From Sarea resinae (taxonomy: Eukaryota): a stretch of DNA of 64,000 nucleotides. Numbering within the stretch: position 1 is the first letter of the stretch; the number at the start of each line of letters is the position of its first letter. A model generated the notes under the pieces. The model saw only the letters and a list, made by a program, of their open reading frames with translations. It was not told the origin of the DNA and made no database searches. The stretch covers positions 1 through 64,000 of the forward strand of contig JAPEUD010000018.1 of the NCBI GenBank assembly GCA_026026165.1, given 5' to 3'. This document shows, piece after piece, positions 53,250-64,000 of this stretch. The translations under genes and the position numbers were made by a program.

Positions 53250-54030
53250 TTAATTGATAAAGTTGACGCAGAAAAAATGCAAGAGGAGGGACCCGAGCAC
53301 GTAGTCTGCGAAGGCGCTGTTGGTTCATCAATGGTGATCAGCTTGTGTGTTCGGACCGTGTATCGCGGAGAGAAGGACCGGGATCAGAGAGAAAGGGCGG
53401 AAAAGAGAGGGAAGAGAAAGGGGATGCGGCGAGACGGGAGAACCATTGGGAGACTTCGACACTTACCGCTCGTTACTTATGCGCTCGAATTCCTTCTTGT
53501 TGGCCGGGTTCGTCTGCATCCGCAGGCTGGCCGTGAGCACGAATTGGCCGACGGTTGCGCTGAAGCCGGACAGGAAGGCGTTGAAGGGCTGTCGATTTCG
53601 CAATACCAATTAGCTTCGTTTTCTTCCTCCAGCCTCTCCCACGCGCTTTCATCAGACGTGCAGAGCTGGTCACACAGATCTTCCCTGCTTTTGTCGGAGG
53701 AAGAAACAAATGCGACGGATCTGACACATTGAAGGGAGAACATACGTAATTGCCAGCCAAGATCACATAGAGGAATTGAAGTCCACCGACCAGCACCAAG
53801 AAGGCCATGAACGCGTCCACGAGCTTGAACTGCTGCGATGTGGTCGTCCAGTACTTGTCCCAGACGCTGAGCACGATCTCCTGCGCCGTGTGCGGCTGGG
53901 TGATTGCATTTGGCGTGGCTTTGGAGACGCCGGCTGAGCTCGTCGTCGAGGCTGTGGAGGCGCCGGCGGATGCCGTGGTGGGGGATTTCGAGGGCGTGTT
54001 GGCGGACGAGACGGGGCGTTTGGGCGCCAT
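53250..54030 (-). CDS. ost2: Oligosaccharyltransferase subunit Ost2/DAD1
   Basis: [54 protein letters not shown]; 3 exons. Confidence 0.95.
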
Positions 54031-54924
54031 TGTGCGGGGATGGGTGGGATGGTTGGAGTTGATTGAGGGAGAGAGGGCGAGGTGTGTGATGATCGGGAGC
54101 CGGTCCTTATTGGTGGGCTACTTGTGGTGTTGTGGTGTTGTGGCGGGGGCTTCGACGGGGCGAGGGGCAATGGACGATGGAAAATGGATGGCTTGCTGGA
54201 TGGGATAGCGGATGGATTCGTGGTGTTGATTAAGTGAGCGAGAGGCAGTGAGAGTGTGGTCGAAATGGATAGAGTGGTAGAGTGGTAGAGTGGTAGTGGT
54301 AGAGTACACGCATCCTCTGTTTCGCATTCCCAGGGTAGCTAGCACGCACGGACCAAGTGCGTCAATGTCAATCCATCGATGTCAATGCCAATCGTCTCGG
54401 TCGCTGCCATCTGTCAAGAATCTCTCGACGACAACGATTCTACATGTCCGTAGGATATCTCCAATCTACTGTCGGAAATCATTCACGTAAGGAGAATCAC
54501 AGAGTTGATGGCCAAGCCGCCCTGAGACACAATGGTCCTTCTAACCCGCATGTGCCGTATGCATTTGTGATCAAATAATGTGCCGCCACCATAGTGGTCG
54601 ATCGGCATTAATCGGCCTTTCCAAGTCTTTGGTTTGAAGAGGGGATTTGGTTTTAGAAAACGCCACGGAATCGTCGAAAGAAGAGCCCCGCCATCGCTCC
54701 TCTGGAACGCCGATGAATGACTGTAACAGAGGCTCTCGAGACAGAACCCCCGCCTCCATGCTATGCGAATAATGAGAGACAAAATCGACAGCCTGCCAGC
54801 AGTCAGGATGCCTACTGAGCGCAACCCATATCATACACATCCACTATCCCCTTTTCCCGTCTCCCACACCCTTCTTCCGCCTCCTATCAAGCTCCGTCAG
54901 CCCACGTCCGTTTTGCTTCCCCAG

Positions 54925-55261
54925 TCATGAATTCTCATCAATCTCCTTCCAGACGCTCTCGACTTTCTGTCTTTTCTTCTTCGCCTCTTCGCGATTCCGC
55001 GCCGTGCGTTCCAGTCGCTCCGCCCGTAGGCACCTGTTCACGTCCGTCTTGGCCTGCGAGCACATGCCCATGCATTTCCACAAGAAGCCCCTGGCGTGAC
55101 ATTCATCAAGGATCGCCATCACTTCCTCGCAACCTGCGGAGAAGGGTGTTAGCCATGGCCGAGAGGTGGGGGGAGAGGGTAGTGAGGTGTGCCGAGGGAA
55201 GAGAGCGATGTGGAAGAGAAATGTTACCTGTGTTGTCTTTGGTGTGTAGATGTGGATGCAT
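54925..55261 (-). CDS. cmc2: Twin CX9C COX assembly protein Cmc2
   Basis: [24 protein letters not shown]...CSQAKTDVNRCLRAER; 2 exons. Confidence 0.9.
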
Positions 55262-55807
55262 TGTCGCGGTTCAGTAAACGTTCTTCTGCCCAGAGTGCCC
55301 TGCCGTCCAGGACGAAAGAGAGAAAAGAGAGAGGAGAGACCAGGCGGAGGTGGAGGCGCAGGCGATTCTCAAAAGCGAGTTCCTGGAACCGAATATCGAA
55401 GAGCAACAGACTCTGTACAGCCACTCGACCAAACCAGCGGTCTCAAAGACCGGCTTGTATAGAACAGCTTTGCCGTGTGCACTTTTCGCAGCGGAGTCGT
55501 GGTTTGAACGTAGAAGTTCGAGATGTGCAAAAGGTTCCAGATCGCCGGCGCCCGCGGCATGGGCACTCATGTACTCCGGAGTATGTGGTTTTGGCGCGAC
55601 GGAGATTTCCGTCTCGATTGCTGCTTGGTGGAAATGTCCGTGCAATCGTCGCCGAATTTCCTCTACAACGAACGATACCACCAACACCAACACCACCCCC
55701 TCCACCACCGTCACCCGCCTCGACGGTCTCTACAGAATCATACCCCACTCGCTTTTCTCCGGCCAGCCCAATCCCACGTATTGCAGGAGGGAATTGCTGC
55801 TGTCACA

Positions 55808-56529
55808 ATGGCAACGCAGCAGGTTTCCGCGAAAAGACAGCAAGGTTCGTCTCGTTGGCTTCCTCTCTGAATGCCCGCGCCAGAGCAGCAGGTCTCAGCG
55901 GATGTGGCATCGCAAGGCGCCGATGGGTTGATAGAGGAGAGAAGAGCTAATGGGATTTGAATTCAATTTCAGAACTGCAGCTGCAGTATTCAAACTTCAA
56001 GAATAATCTCCAGCAGATCGCGCAGAAGATCGGGGATATAGAGCAGGAGACCGAGGAACACAAGTACGATCCACTATTCCCACACCGTCCTCATCCCCTA
56101 CCATCCTTATTCCAACGGTTGATACCGTATCACAAATCCTCAGCTGACGGGATTCATTAGACTTGTTCTTGAGACGCTCACGCCCCTTCCTGGAGACAGA
56201 AAATGTTTCCGTATGATCAATGGCGTGCTCGTGGAGCGAACGGTGCAGGATGTGATTCCCGCGCTACGGACGAATAGTGATGGATTGGGGAAGGTGCTGG
56301 AAGATTTGGTGAAGACGTACAAGAGTAAGCAGGATGAGATGGAGAAGTGGAAGGTACGTTTGTGCTGCTCTTTTTGCTTTCGATCGAACAGACTGCACAA
56401 TTCTCGATTCTTGGAATCTCCCCTAAGGATTTGGGTCTTTGGGCGGGGCTGCTGTTTCTGTTGCGAATTGCGCTGACTGAGATGATGAACGCACAGAAGA
56501 AGAACAACATTCAGGTTGTGCAACAATAA
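55808..56529 (+). CDS. gim4: Prefoldin subunit 2
   Basis: QQIAQKIGDIEQETEEHKLVLETL, RKCFRMINGVLVERTV, WKKKNNIQVV; 4 exons. Confidence 0.93.
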
Positions 56530-59500
56530 GTCGTGTACGGGCATCTGGGGTCCAATTTCGATATGCATGGCGTGGGCGTTCATTATGGAAGAAATATCAT
56601 ATATTCGTTTTTCATCTTTCCGAGATTCCCTTCATAATGACCGATTTGCGCCAGCCTACGTTTTCCTGTATGAGGTATTTCAAGGTTGCTTCGGAGATGG
56701 CAGGGAAGCAATTGACCGCAGCCAGGGCGGCTGCTGATTTATTGCTTGAACTGTCATGTCACAAAGGGCTTCAAATACCACCTTCACATGCTTCGTGACC
56801 AGGCAGGCGACCGGGTTAGACAGTCTGCATGACGAAACGCTTACCAGCAGCGTTGACAAGGCCATTTCTAGAACAATAGATCAGCCCGACTTGGCATCTC
56901 GCAGTAAATGCGTTGGCCATATTCATCCGGAGAGATTCACGTGGGCTTAGGGCTTCAGATCGAAGGATCCAGCGGATTGGGAACCAGCCAAAGCACGTCG
57001 TCATCACCGGTCGGGGGCCTGCCCGTGCAAATCACGTTTTCTGGGGAAGGCGGCGTTTGGCACATCTTTGGTATGCGTTGGGACGGTGCCAATGCGGCGC
57101 TCGGCGTCATGCGCTTTGGCGCGGCAAGGCTGAGTGACAGTAGTGCGTACAGACAGGGTATCGGTGTGTGCATGCGTGTGGCTTGTGTTGAAGCGCGATG
57201 AGCTGGCCGTATTCCCTTTCCTGGCTGCGGGCTTGCAGGCTGCATCGTTTCGGATTGGGGAGGGCTGAGCAGGGCCGTCTTCTGCCCGCCTCGCTGATCA
57301 ACCGCCTCTTATGTATGTCCAGAGGGTGCTGTCAAGTCAACGTGCAACCCGTCACAAGGGATTACTTGCCGATAGGTCGGCCGGCGACGTGGTTGGGTCA
57401 GACAACGTAAGGTACGCACGCACTCCCTCAATCGAGGCGTGGAGTGACTCGATTTGAGTGGCCGATCAAACGTCGACCCTTTCCCAATTCCAAGCCCCTT
57501 GGATTCTTTTCTGTCGCTGCAGTACTTTGTAATATCGGCCGAGCATTCAAAGCGAATATCGAGGGACGCCATGATGCGCAGCTCAGAGATTCCTGGACTA
57601 CCTTACCTATCCTCTTCAATTGAGGTCCTCTCGACTTCGCAGGGATCTTGTTGTCATCTCTGATGGTGGTGGTGGTGGTGGTGGTGGTGCCGCTGCCGCT
57701 GCGTGGGGAAGCAGAGAAAGAGAATAGGCGGCCGCGACCGCGACCCCTCGCCCATCACCCATGTTTCCCGCCGCCGCCTGCTCGTCCCCACGCCGGCCAG
57801 GTCTCGCGAACCTCGAGATGTACAACTCATACATAGTAGTGCACCACCACGGCAATAGTAGCCTTGGCGAGATCAACTGTATCTGGTTCTTATGAAAATG
57901 AATTGCAATGCGCGGGTTGTAGACTCGTAGGCGCAGGCCAATCGACGGAGACGGGATATCAATGTCACGTACAGAGTAGAAGAGGGCGCTTGGAGAGATT
58001 GTCGTCTCTGGACGATGGCGGGGAGTTACTGGTAGTTACCTGTAGCTTACAGAGACAGAGGTGATGCCCCAAGTTGATGGAGGTGATGAGGCGGTCTACT
58101 GGATCTGTATGAAGGAGGTCACGCACAGGTGAGAATGGAAGGGACCTTCTCCTCTAGTGGGTTTGGCCCAAATTAGCTCTACCCTCGTCCCTGTTCTACC
58201 CGTTAGATCGAGACGATGGAGCCCGCTGCTCGTGGAGAGACGATTCGATCATCTCACGACTGATCTTGGCTCCTCTCCGGTATCCTGATGTCCGACATGT
58301 CTCCATTGGCTTCATCGGTGCGTTGTCCATGCCCCTGCGGGGAATTGGCCTTTCTCGAGGCCGCCATTGGAGGCATCGTCATGGTTTCCTATGAGGACTC
58401 TACTACGTACGCGGTACTGCGCCCGTCAATCATCCCGCGAGATCGCAGACCCTGATCATCCCTGGCCACCCGTAGTGACCACGCCATCGCATTGCCTTGG
58501 GACTAGGGAGGTACAGCAGAGATTCATATTCTGCCTTGCAGTACGTCAGAACCCCAGTTTCGCTCCATCGGACACCGACTTGCATCCCACGTTCGGTGTC
58601 TGTCGAGCATCCGGATGCGAGTCTTCGATGCGAGTATCCAATGCGCCTCGGATTCTCCTCTCTGCTGGATCGAAACACGTTGATAGATCCAATGTCTGAG
58701 CGAAGTGCTCCAGCGCCGACGGGAACAGCATCCGCATCTTTTTCAGCATCACCGTCCGCATCGCCAGCCAACACCAACGATGACGGGCAAGCAGGGGACA
58801 ACACGACCGTGCGACGGACTGCACTGGACTGCGGCGAGGAAGCCAATGCGCCCAATGATCGATCCTGAGACTGGACAGGTACCCAGCATCCATGGATGGT
58901 TTGGTATCGAGTACTTCAACGCCATACTCGACACCCACCGAGCAGACAGACAGACGAGGCCTCGTCGCGAAGACAACCTCGTCCAAGGGTACCGAGGCAG
59001 GTAGGCCAGGAAGGAAGCTGGAGGTAGCCACAACACCACACAACAACACAACAACACAACAACACAACACAAAACAACACAACTCAATACAGCACAGCAG
59101 AACACAGCGCAACATCCATCATCACCAGAACGTCGAGGAAGGGGAAACCCTGACCTTAAGGCTGTCCACTACCGCCCACGCTTTGCCTGTGCCCCCAAGA
59201 CCAACCTAAGGTACTACCTACTCTACCTGTACCTCGAGGTACCATGCTTGGCCTTACCACCGGCCGTGCTCATATGTACGAGGAAGTCATCAACTCAATT
59301 AGCCCTGCGGCTTGAGCCGACCGCATACCCTAACCTTGCCTCGCTCTGCGCTCTAGTTGTAGTAGCCTTGGAGTAGTAGTCGTTGTAGTAGAGTAGTCGC
59401 TGCATCACCACCATCACCATCATCGTCAATCATCACCAACCAGCTACACCCACCTCCTCCCCCCCCCCGCCAGCGGATCAGTTCCATCTGTATCCACTCT

Positions 59501-59943
59501 TCGCTCCTCCATCCTCTCCCTCCACACCAATTCATCGCCTCCATCCAATTCAATCCCACCAATTCCTTTGCCTTCTCCTCGCGCAATCCAACGTGTTACC
59601 TCGCCTATCAGATCCTCGTCCACACCTGCATGAGAAGTCGATCGCGCTGCTAGTCTGCCTCTCTCGATTATCCGTCGGTGTCGTGCCGGTAGTACCGGTG
59701 ACGGCTGTTGGTCTGTCTGGTATCCTATCCCCAAACACTCGTGAAGCCTCAATCTTTACCCACCAACACCCCCCCCCGCCAGCCCAGACGCGGGCTCCAC
59801 GCAGCTTTACGCAGACGTGCATACGCTTCAGAATCCCCCGAACCACCAGTGACGTGTTTGCCAGCACCGCAGGCCAACGGATCAGCCAACGAACTGCGTA
59901 AGCAGCTTGCCGTCTTCTCTGCAGCTATCCAAATACATACATC

Positions 59944-61028
59944 ATGTCGGCCTCCCCCCCAAAAGAGGTGGACGTGGAACCAGGAGCGCAGTCGCCTGAC
60001 GAAGCGGAGCACATGGAAAGGGATCCTCAAGATACACAAGCGCAGGGACTCGGCTACGAGTTCGAGGTGAAGGAGCAGGACCGATGGCTGCCCATAGCAA
60101 ATGGTTCGTCTCCCCTGCGCATCTGTTCGGATTTGATTTGCGCGTATCTTCACACACCTACTGCACGTCGTCGAGCTTGGTGACTGGCACTGGCCCCATT
60201 GAAACCCTCTTGATATGCGCGTCTGAATCGTCTCGACGATCGAATCAACGACAGAGCACTTGCCATTAGACGCCGGGGCCTATGTCATACGTACAAGAGA
60301 GCTTTCTCGGATTCGATCATGTCCCGCGCGTCGACGTCGTCGCCGTCGCCGTCACCGTCCGCTCCTTCGCGTCATTCACCATCTAGTCTCGCGTCTGATG
60401 CTAATATTCGTAATTTCGCTCCAGTGGCGAGGATAATGAAGACGGCCCTACCCGAAAACGCCAAGATCGCAAAAGAAGCCAAGGAGTGCATGCAAGAGTG
60501 CGTGAGCGAGTTCATCTCGTTCATCACAAGTGAAGGTTTGCTCTCCGTCCGCGATGAATTCCATGCCGACCGCTGACGGTCTCTGCTCGCGACAGCTTCG
60601 GAAAAGTGCCAGCAAGAGAAGCGCAAGACGGTCAATGGCGAGGATATCCTTTTCGCCATGACTTCGCTCGGCTTTGAGAACTACGCCGAAGCTCTCAAGA
60701 TATACCTCTCCAAATATCGTGAAGTGAGTTTCGCTAGCCCCGTACGTCCTCGACGTGAAGTCAGCTCCTGAACCATGGCACGCAGACGCAGTCCGCCCGA
60801 GGTGAGAATCAAAATCGGCCAGCTAGCTCGTACGGTGGTGGCGGGCCGGTGGGAGGCAGTAGCGGCGCCGCAAACACTTCAGCTGGGTACCATGGGCAAT
60901 CAGAAGGCACGAACAGCATACTGAGCCCGCATTCCATGGACCCATCCGAACACGACAATAGTGCCTACGGCTCCGTCTATTCAAGTGTCGTTGGTGCGAA
61001 TCACAATGGCGCTGGTGGGGAGTATTAG
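59944..61028 (+). CDS. hapC: CCAAT-binding complex subunit HapC/Hap3 (NF-YB)
   Basis: [57 protein letters not shown]; 4 exons; intron 1 is 60104-60424. Confidence 0.95.
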
Positions 61029-61597
61029 GTCCATCGTCGCAGCGAGGCCGGGGCGAGGTGGTCGACGCGTCAAAACACGCCCATCGTGACAACGAGATCT
61101 CCGGCCATCGATATGCGTGGACCTTGAAAATTTTGAATTCTCATTTGTATGTTTTAATAAAGGCGGGCTTCTTCTTCTTCACTTTGACGGACGGGGGCAT
61201 CCGACGGAAGGCCCTAGACCGAACCACATCGACAGTTTACACAGATTCCCCTTGATTCTCGTTTGCCGGTTGTATAATTTGGGTCTCCTCTCGGAAGGGA
61301 GCTTGCGTCGCATTTGGGGCTGGAAAAAGCATGGCGAAGAAAGATTTTCGTTTTGTCAAGTGGTCATGGCAACTAGATTTGATATGTTGGTTTTCTTAGT
61401 TACGGTCTTCAATCAGCCGATAGGACTTTCGTCTTCCCCTCTTGAAGATAGCACCGGGACGAAGTGGGCATTGAGCGCATGCATCATCGGGTCTTGTGGC
61501 AACCTGAACCATCTGACCGTCTCTCTGACTGCATCATGCATGCAGAAGTAAATAGAGCAAAACAAGCACGTCGATGGTGGACTTTGGCGGCTTCCAG

Positions 61598-61604
61598 TGA
61601 GTCA
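61598..61604. promoter_or_regulatory. Gcn4/CpcA-type element TGAGTCA
   Basis: Perfect TGA(C/G)TCA about 300 bp upstream of the aro8 ATG. Confidence 0.5.
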
Positions 61605-61906
61605 CGACCGAGATCGGAATGTACAGTATGTAATACAGCTAGAGGTGATCGACTTCGTACATGCCCCGCAGCCCCGCAGACCTCGCGCCCTTGGCATCTC
61701 GCCCCTCCACCCCTCGACCCCTCCATCCTCCATCCTCCACCCCTCCACATCCAACGACCCGGGCCTCTGCTGTTTTCCTCTACCGTACAGTGCAGTACAG
61801 TAGCGGCGGCATCCGTGACGATCGATTGACACTCGACCGAACATCCTCTCCATTGACACCGCCATTCCACCTTTCGACCCTCAAGACCGGTTCCCGTCGC
61901 CACACG

Positions 61907-63976
61907 ATGCCTCCTCCCAGTGCCATTGATGTCGATGTCACCGTCCACGGCGAGACTGACACCTCGGCCGTCGTGCTGCCAGACCCGTTGTCTCTCCACA
62001 ATGTCGCCGCTCACCGTGCGAAGAGCGGTCCATTCCACGGCGGAGTCGCCGCCGCCTCTCACAGTGACCTATTCAAGAGTCCCGTAAGCCGATTTGGACG
62101 ATATATCATTGTCAAAGAACATCTCTCATCATGCATAGTCTTCCCTGAGGAAACCAAAGGCAAAGCGATGGGATCGTGAGTCTCTGCTCCGCCATACGGT
62201 GCGGTCTCGATGCCATTGTCTTGCGTACTGACCCGTCGCACAGACCGTCTGAATCTGGAGAGCACTTCACGAACGGTACGAGGATGAGAGATCATTTGCA
62301 TCAGGCATGAAGGCTAATTTCGACCAGTCGACGACTCTCAAAGGTCTTGCCAGATACCTTGCAAAACCTGGTAAGTCGTTTTTAAAACTGCCGCGCCGTG
62401 GGCTTCTACTGACTGGGATACCACAGGCATGATATCTCTGGGAGGCGGTCTTCCTTCAAGCCATTACTTCCCTTTCGAGGAAATCGATCTCAAGGTCCCA
62501 GCCATCGGCCATTTCACGGAAGAAGAGACTCGAGAGTCGGGCAAAACTTTACGCCTTGGAAAATATGATGTGGCCGAAGGAAAGGGTTCATTTGGTGGGT
62601 TGGAAGGACGATAGCGTCTGATCGGAATATTCAAACTTAGCATGCTGACGGAATGGCAATTGCTTGCTGCAAGACCTCTCGATAGCTCTGAACTACGGCC
62701 AAGGAACTGGGTCAGCACAGATGCTGCGGTTTGTGACCGAACATACCGAGGTATGCTATTCGGCCCTTTGGAGGGTTTCCGTCGTAGTGTCTGACCAACT
62801 CAGATTGTCCACAACCCCCCTTATCAAGATTGGTCGTGTGCCATGACCGTTGGCAGTACCTCAGGCCTGGACATGGCTTACCGCATGTTTACGAACCGGG
62901 GCGACTTTATCCTCTCGGAAAAATATACCTTTGCGACCGCCATCGAAACAGCTGCCCCGATGGGTGTCCGTGTCGTGGGCATCGAAATGGACGAACAGGG
63001 TCTCCTCCCCGCCGACATGGACGACGTGCTGAGCAATTGGGACGCGGCAGCTCGAGGGGCACCGAAACCCTGGCTCCTCTACACGGTGCCTTCAGGCCAG
63101 AACCCCACGGGAGCCACGCAGGGTGTCGAGCGTCGGAAAGAACTTTACAAGGTAGCGCAGAAACACGACGTCTACATCGTCGAAGACGAACCCTACTATT
63201 TCCTCCAGATGCAGCCCTACACGGGCCCGGACAGCCCGGGCGTTCCGCCACCCGCCTCCCATGAAGACTTCATCAAGGCACTGGTGCCATCGCTGCTCAG
63301 CCTCGACACCGACGGGCGCGTGATGCGGCTGGACTCTTTCTCGAAGGTGGTTGCCCCGGGCTCTCGAGTGGGTTGGATCACAGCCTCGGACCAGATCGTC
63401 GAGCGATTCGTGCGGCACAGCGAGACGTCGAATCAAGGTCCCAGCGGCTTCTCGCAGGTCATCCTGCACAAGCTGCTCGATGAATCGTGGGGCCATTCTG
63501 GCTACCTGGATTGGCTCATGCATATCCGAGTCGAGTATACGCATCGCCGAGACGTCATTCTGAAGGCGTGTGAGAAGTATCTGCCACGCGAGGTCGCGAG
63601 TTGGAATCCGCCCATGGCGGGCATGTTTGTTAGTCTTTCCCATCCCACCATTTGATTTCTCTCATCCCTCCATCCACCGAGATACCGTCCACTAACCCTT
63701 TTTTTCTCTTCTACACAGCATTGGATACGCATCGCGCACACGCTCCACCCGCACTACCCGAAAAAGACGATCCTCGAGCTCGAAGACGAGCTGCTACACT
63801 CCAGCATCGACCGCGGCGTGCTCGTGGCGCCGGGCAGCTGGTTCCGCACGGACAAGGAGTCGGAGCCACACGAGCTGTTCTTCCGCGCCACTTTCGCCGC
63901 CGCCCCCGCCGACAAGATGGACGAGGCCATTCGACGCTTCGGCGAAGCGTTGCGGGTCAGTTTTGAGCTGGTGTGA
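61907..63976 (+). CDS. aro8: Aromatic amino acid / 2-aminoadipate aminotransferase (PLP class I, Aro8-like)
   Basis: MISLGGGLP, ALNYGQG, LYTVPSGQNPTG, IVEDEPY, RLDSFSKVVAPGSRVGW, AGMF; 8 exons. Confidence 0.92.
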
Positions 63977-64000
63977 GGGGGCTGACTAGAGGGATGGGAC

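Noticed and set aside
1..64000. CRISPR arrays, intact transposons, secondary-metabolite cluster, stop-codon readthrough PTS1 signals
   Set aside because: No repeat-spacer arrays, transposase/RT, PKS/NRPS, or TGA-CTA...SKL context found at the stops I checked

Overview
Intron-rich eukaryotic DNA from a filamentous ascomycete (Pezizomycotina-like gene content and splice signals; the species cannot be determined from this window). I can reconstruct about 22 protein-coding genes: ZIP transporter, PDI/Mpd1-like, Vta1, CitE-like lyase, Tvp23, glycine-rich RRM protein, ChaC, Pef1, DHA2 MFS, Rlm1/RlmA, DUF3140, Msb1, DUF726, Rtc4-like, Ost2, Cmc2, Gim4, HapC, Aro8 and three hypotheticals. There is also one intron-containing tRNA-Ser(UGA) gene. 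I found no CRISPR, rRNA or intact transposon. Most notable: (1) two orphan genes (7.4-8.5 kb + and 13.1-14.6 kb -) share an unnamed C-terminal domain with PB1/beta-grasp-like patterning; (2) the long first hapC intron encodes an in-frame alternative N-terminus; (3) the glycine-rich RBP gene has a possible retained-intron/uORF switch; (4) there are 5- and 8-nt microexons and many AAG acceptors; (5) microsatellite-rich, TpA-rich islands are flanked by GC-rich gene ends. Gene models were spliced by eye and family names come from motif recognition, not from database searches.
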